A stretch of 64,000 nt of DNA from Dehalococcoidia bacterium (GTDB lineage Bacteria > Chloroflexota > Dehalococcoidia > Bin125), in contig CBDCDO010000001.1 of assembly GCA_965215375.1 (NCBI GenBank), forward strand, positions 1,120,717 to 1,184,716, given 5' to 3'. Numbering within the stretch: the stretch's first letter is position 1; every line of letters starts with the position of its first letter. Both the position numbers and the translations under genes were made by a program. Below the pieces are notes generated by a model, which was not told the DNA's origin, did not search any database, and worked only from the letters and a program-made list of their open reading frames with translations. Positions 62,225 to 64,000 of this stretch are shown here, piece by piece.

Positions 62225-62602
62225 GTGGCTGAAACAGTCGTCTGTCCATTGTCGGAGTTGCGACCTGGTGAAGTGACTGCGGCTGACGTCGACGGAACGC
62301 GGGTCTGCGTGGCCAACGTTCACGGCGAGATTTTCGCAGTGCAGGACAAGTGTCCGCATCTGTTCGCGCCGCTCTCGGTGGGCGAGCTCAAGAACGCACA
62401 CATTGTCTGTCCGTGGCACGACTCGGAGTTTGACATGCGGACGGGCAAGACGAAGTCGTGGCTGCCGAACGGCATCTGGAACGTGATTCACAAGATGATG
62501 CCGCCGCCACCGCCGTTCATCAAGAACAAGATTGAGCCCGAGTCCATCCAGACGTTCAAGACTCGGGTTGCGGATGGGCAGATCTACGTCTCGGACGAGT
62601 GA
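62225..62602 (+). CDS. Rieske [2Fe-2S] ferredoxin
   Basis: 'CPHL..LS.G..IVCPWH.S.FD.RTG'; GGAGG RBS, GTG start. Confidence 0.92.
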   Translation: MAETVVCPLSELRPGEVTAADVDGTRVCVANVHGEIFAVQDKCPHLFAPLSVGELKNAHIVCPWHDSEFDMRTGKTKSWLPNGIWNVIHKMMPPPPPFIKNKIEPESIQTFKTRVADGQIYVSDE

Positions 62603-62620
62603 CTGTCTACTGTTTGACAA

Positions 62621-63388
62621 TCAGTCGGCGCGTTCTTGTAGACGCCGCAGCTCGGCTTCCAGCTCCGCCACTCGAGCCTCCGCGCGCTGCGCCTGCTGCT
62701 GAGCGCTCTGCGCCTGCTGCTGAGCGCTCTGCGCTCGGAGCTCGGCTTCGATGCGACCTGCGCGCTCTTGCTCGAAGGTCGAGGCCGGTCGGCCGGTTGT
62801 GGGCTCGACCCAGTAGAGATCGCCGTCTTCCCAGCGGAGGATCATGTCGAGGACTTCGCTGTAGCCCTCGAGGATTCCGGGCGCAGGTTGCTTGACCGGG
62901 AGCGGTTCGTAACGGCCGTTGACCAATCGATCTCCACCGAGTCGGGCGCCGTGGGACTTGCCGTCGGGATCGAATCGCCAGTACTCGAGGATTCCCCAGT
63001 ACTCGTAGTCGTCGCGCTTGGAACCGATGTCACGCTCGCCGGTGCTCGGTGACGCGACTTCTAGGACGAAGTCGGGCGGTTTGCCTTGCTCGGTGATGAC
63101 GTATCCGTTGCTGGCCTTGTAGGCCGCTGGGTCGACGTGGAAGGCGACGAGCAAGTCTGGATAACGGGCGCGGTCGACGAAGGTGGAAAAGTCCTCGACG
63201 ATCCACTTGTCGGCGGACATCAGGGTCGTGTTGCGGTCGGCGCCGCGGATGAAGAGATGTTGGAGGAGATGGTGCGAGTTGCCGTCGTGAAACAGATGAT
63301 CGTACTGGGTCACTTCGTCTTCGTGCCGTTTCGGGATTTCTGGTAGCTCTGGGCGCACAGAGACAGGGGCGGGTTTGAGCGTGGTCAT
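62621..63388 (-). CDS. Uma2/DUF820 family putative endonuclease with coiled-coil tail
   Basis: 'PDLLVAF', 'GKPPDFVLEVASPSTG.RD..KR.DY..GI.EYWRFDP'; AQSAQQQ repeated (21 bp). Confidence 0.9.
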   Translation of the reverse strand: MTTLKPAPVSVRPELPEIPKRHEDEVTQYDHLFHDGNSHHLLQHLFIRGADRNTTLMSADKWIVEDFSTFVDRARYPDLLVAFHVDPAAYKASNGYVITEQGKPPDFVLEVASPSTGERDIGSKRDDYEYWGILEYWRFDPDGKSHGARLGGDRLVNGRYEPLPVKQPAPGILEGYSEVLDMILRWEDGDLYWVEPTTGRPASTFEQERAGRIEAELRAQSAQQQAQSAQQQAQRAEARVAELEAELRRLQERAD

Positions 63389-63736
63389 GGTCGTCCTCTG
63401 AGGCTCATGTTAGCTGCGAGATGAGCGAGCGGGAGCTGTTCCCTGTTCAAGTCAGCACAGGCCGCGGAGCGACTGAGGGACCTCGCCTGATGGCGCGGGT
63501 ACCAGAAAGGACTTGGTGGAGCAGGACCCCCTCCGCCTTTGGCACCTCCCCCTGCAAGGGGGAGGAAAGGGATTATGCAAAGGTCTCCCTTCGCGGGGAC
63601 AGGCTCTGCAGGGGGAGGAAAGGAACAGTTATGCAAAAGTCTCCGCTGCACGCAGGAACGATGGATCGGCGCGGGTACGGCGAGACGCAGAAGGCCTCGA
63701 TTGCGTCGGGCAACTGTGGCGTGGCGATCTAGCGGT

Positions 63737-64000
63737 TTAGAAGCCTTGGAAGTTTGGCTCTCTCTTCTCGGCGAAGGCTCTTGGGCCCTCTTTGGCGTCC
63801 TCGGTTGAGCGGGCGATGACCATGGCGTGGTCGGCCATTTCGAGCGACTCGTGCAGGCCGGTCTCGGCCGAGCGGTAGGCGAGTCGTTTGATCATCTGGA
63901 CCGAGACGGCGGGCATCTTCGTGATTTGTCCGGCGAGCTCGTAGGTCTCACTGAGCAGGTCGTCGTGGGGGACGACGTTAGAGACGTAGCCCATGGCGAG
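63737..64000 (-). CDS. Enoyl-CoA hydratase/isomerase family protein, C-terminal part
   Basis: 'G.VSNVVP', 'STEDAKEGPRAFAEKREPNFQG'. Confidence 0.92.
   Translation of the reverse strand, partial: LAMGYVSNVVPHDDLLSETYELAGQITKMPAVSVQMIKRLAYRSAETGLHESLEMADHAMVIARSTEDAKEGPRAFAEKREPNFQGF

Overview
GC-rich bacterial window. Gene content and style (Tat-exported oligopeptide-type binding protein, giant Calx-beta/FN3 surface proteins, CoA-transferases III, stand-alone 23S rRNA) suggest Chloroflexota, probably Dehalococcoidia/SAR202-like and possibly host- or sponge-associated; this is inference only. It holds a cell-surface cluster (three Calx-beta-type adhesins, a candidate S-layer/Ig protein, a YPATG-tailed protein, a six-repeat secreted protein split at a G9 tract), peptide and heme ABC components without ATPases, Trk/Ktr K+ uptake, arsC, tRNA-Glu, an unlinked 23S rRNA followed by tRNA-fMet, two toxin-antitoxin loci and assorted catabolic enzymes. 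The most notable items are: (i) a radical SAM gene whose ORF-track stop is very likely selenocysteine (WFC-UGA-AEP tail plus hairpin); (ii) a 1.5-kb IS1595-derived insert, bracketed by a diverged 137-bp duplication of a gene 3' end, that carries two tRNA-like genes with non-canonical identity elements; (iii) protein modules I could not assign that are shared between unrelated secreted proteins; (iv) repeated local amplification of gene fragments together with REP-like palindromes. All calls were made by eye, with no database searches.
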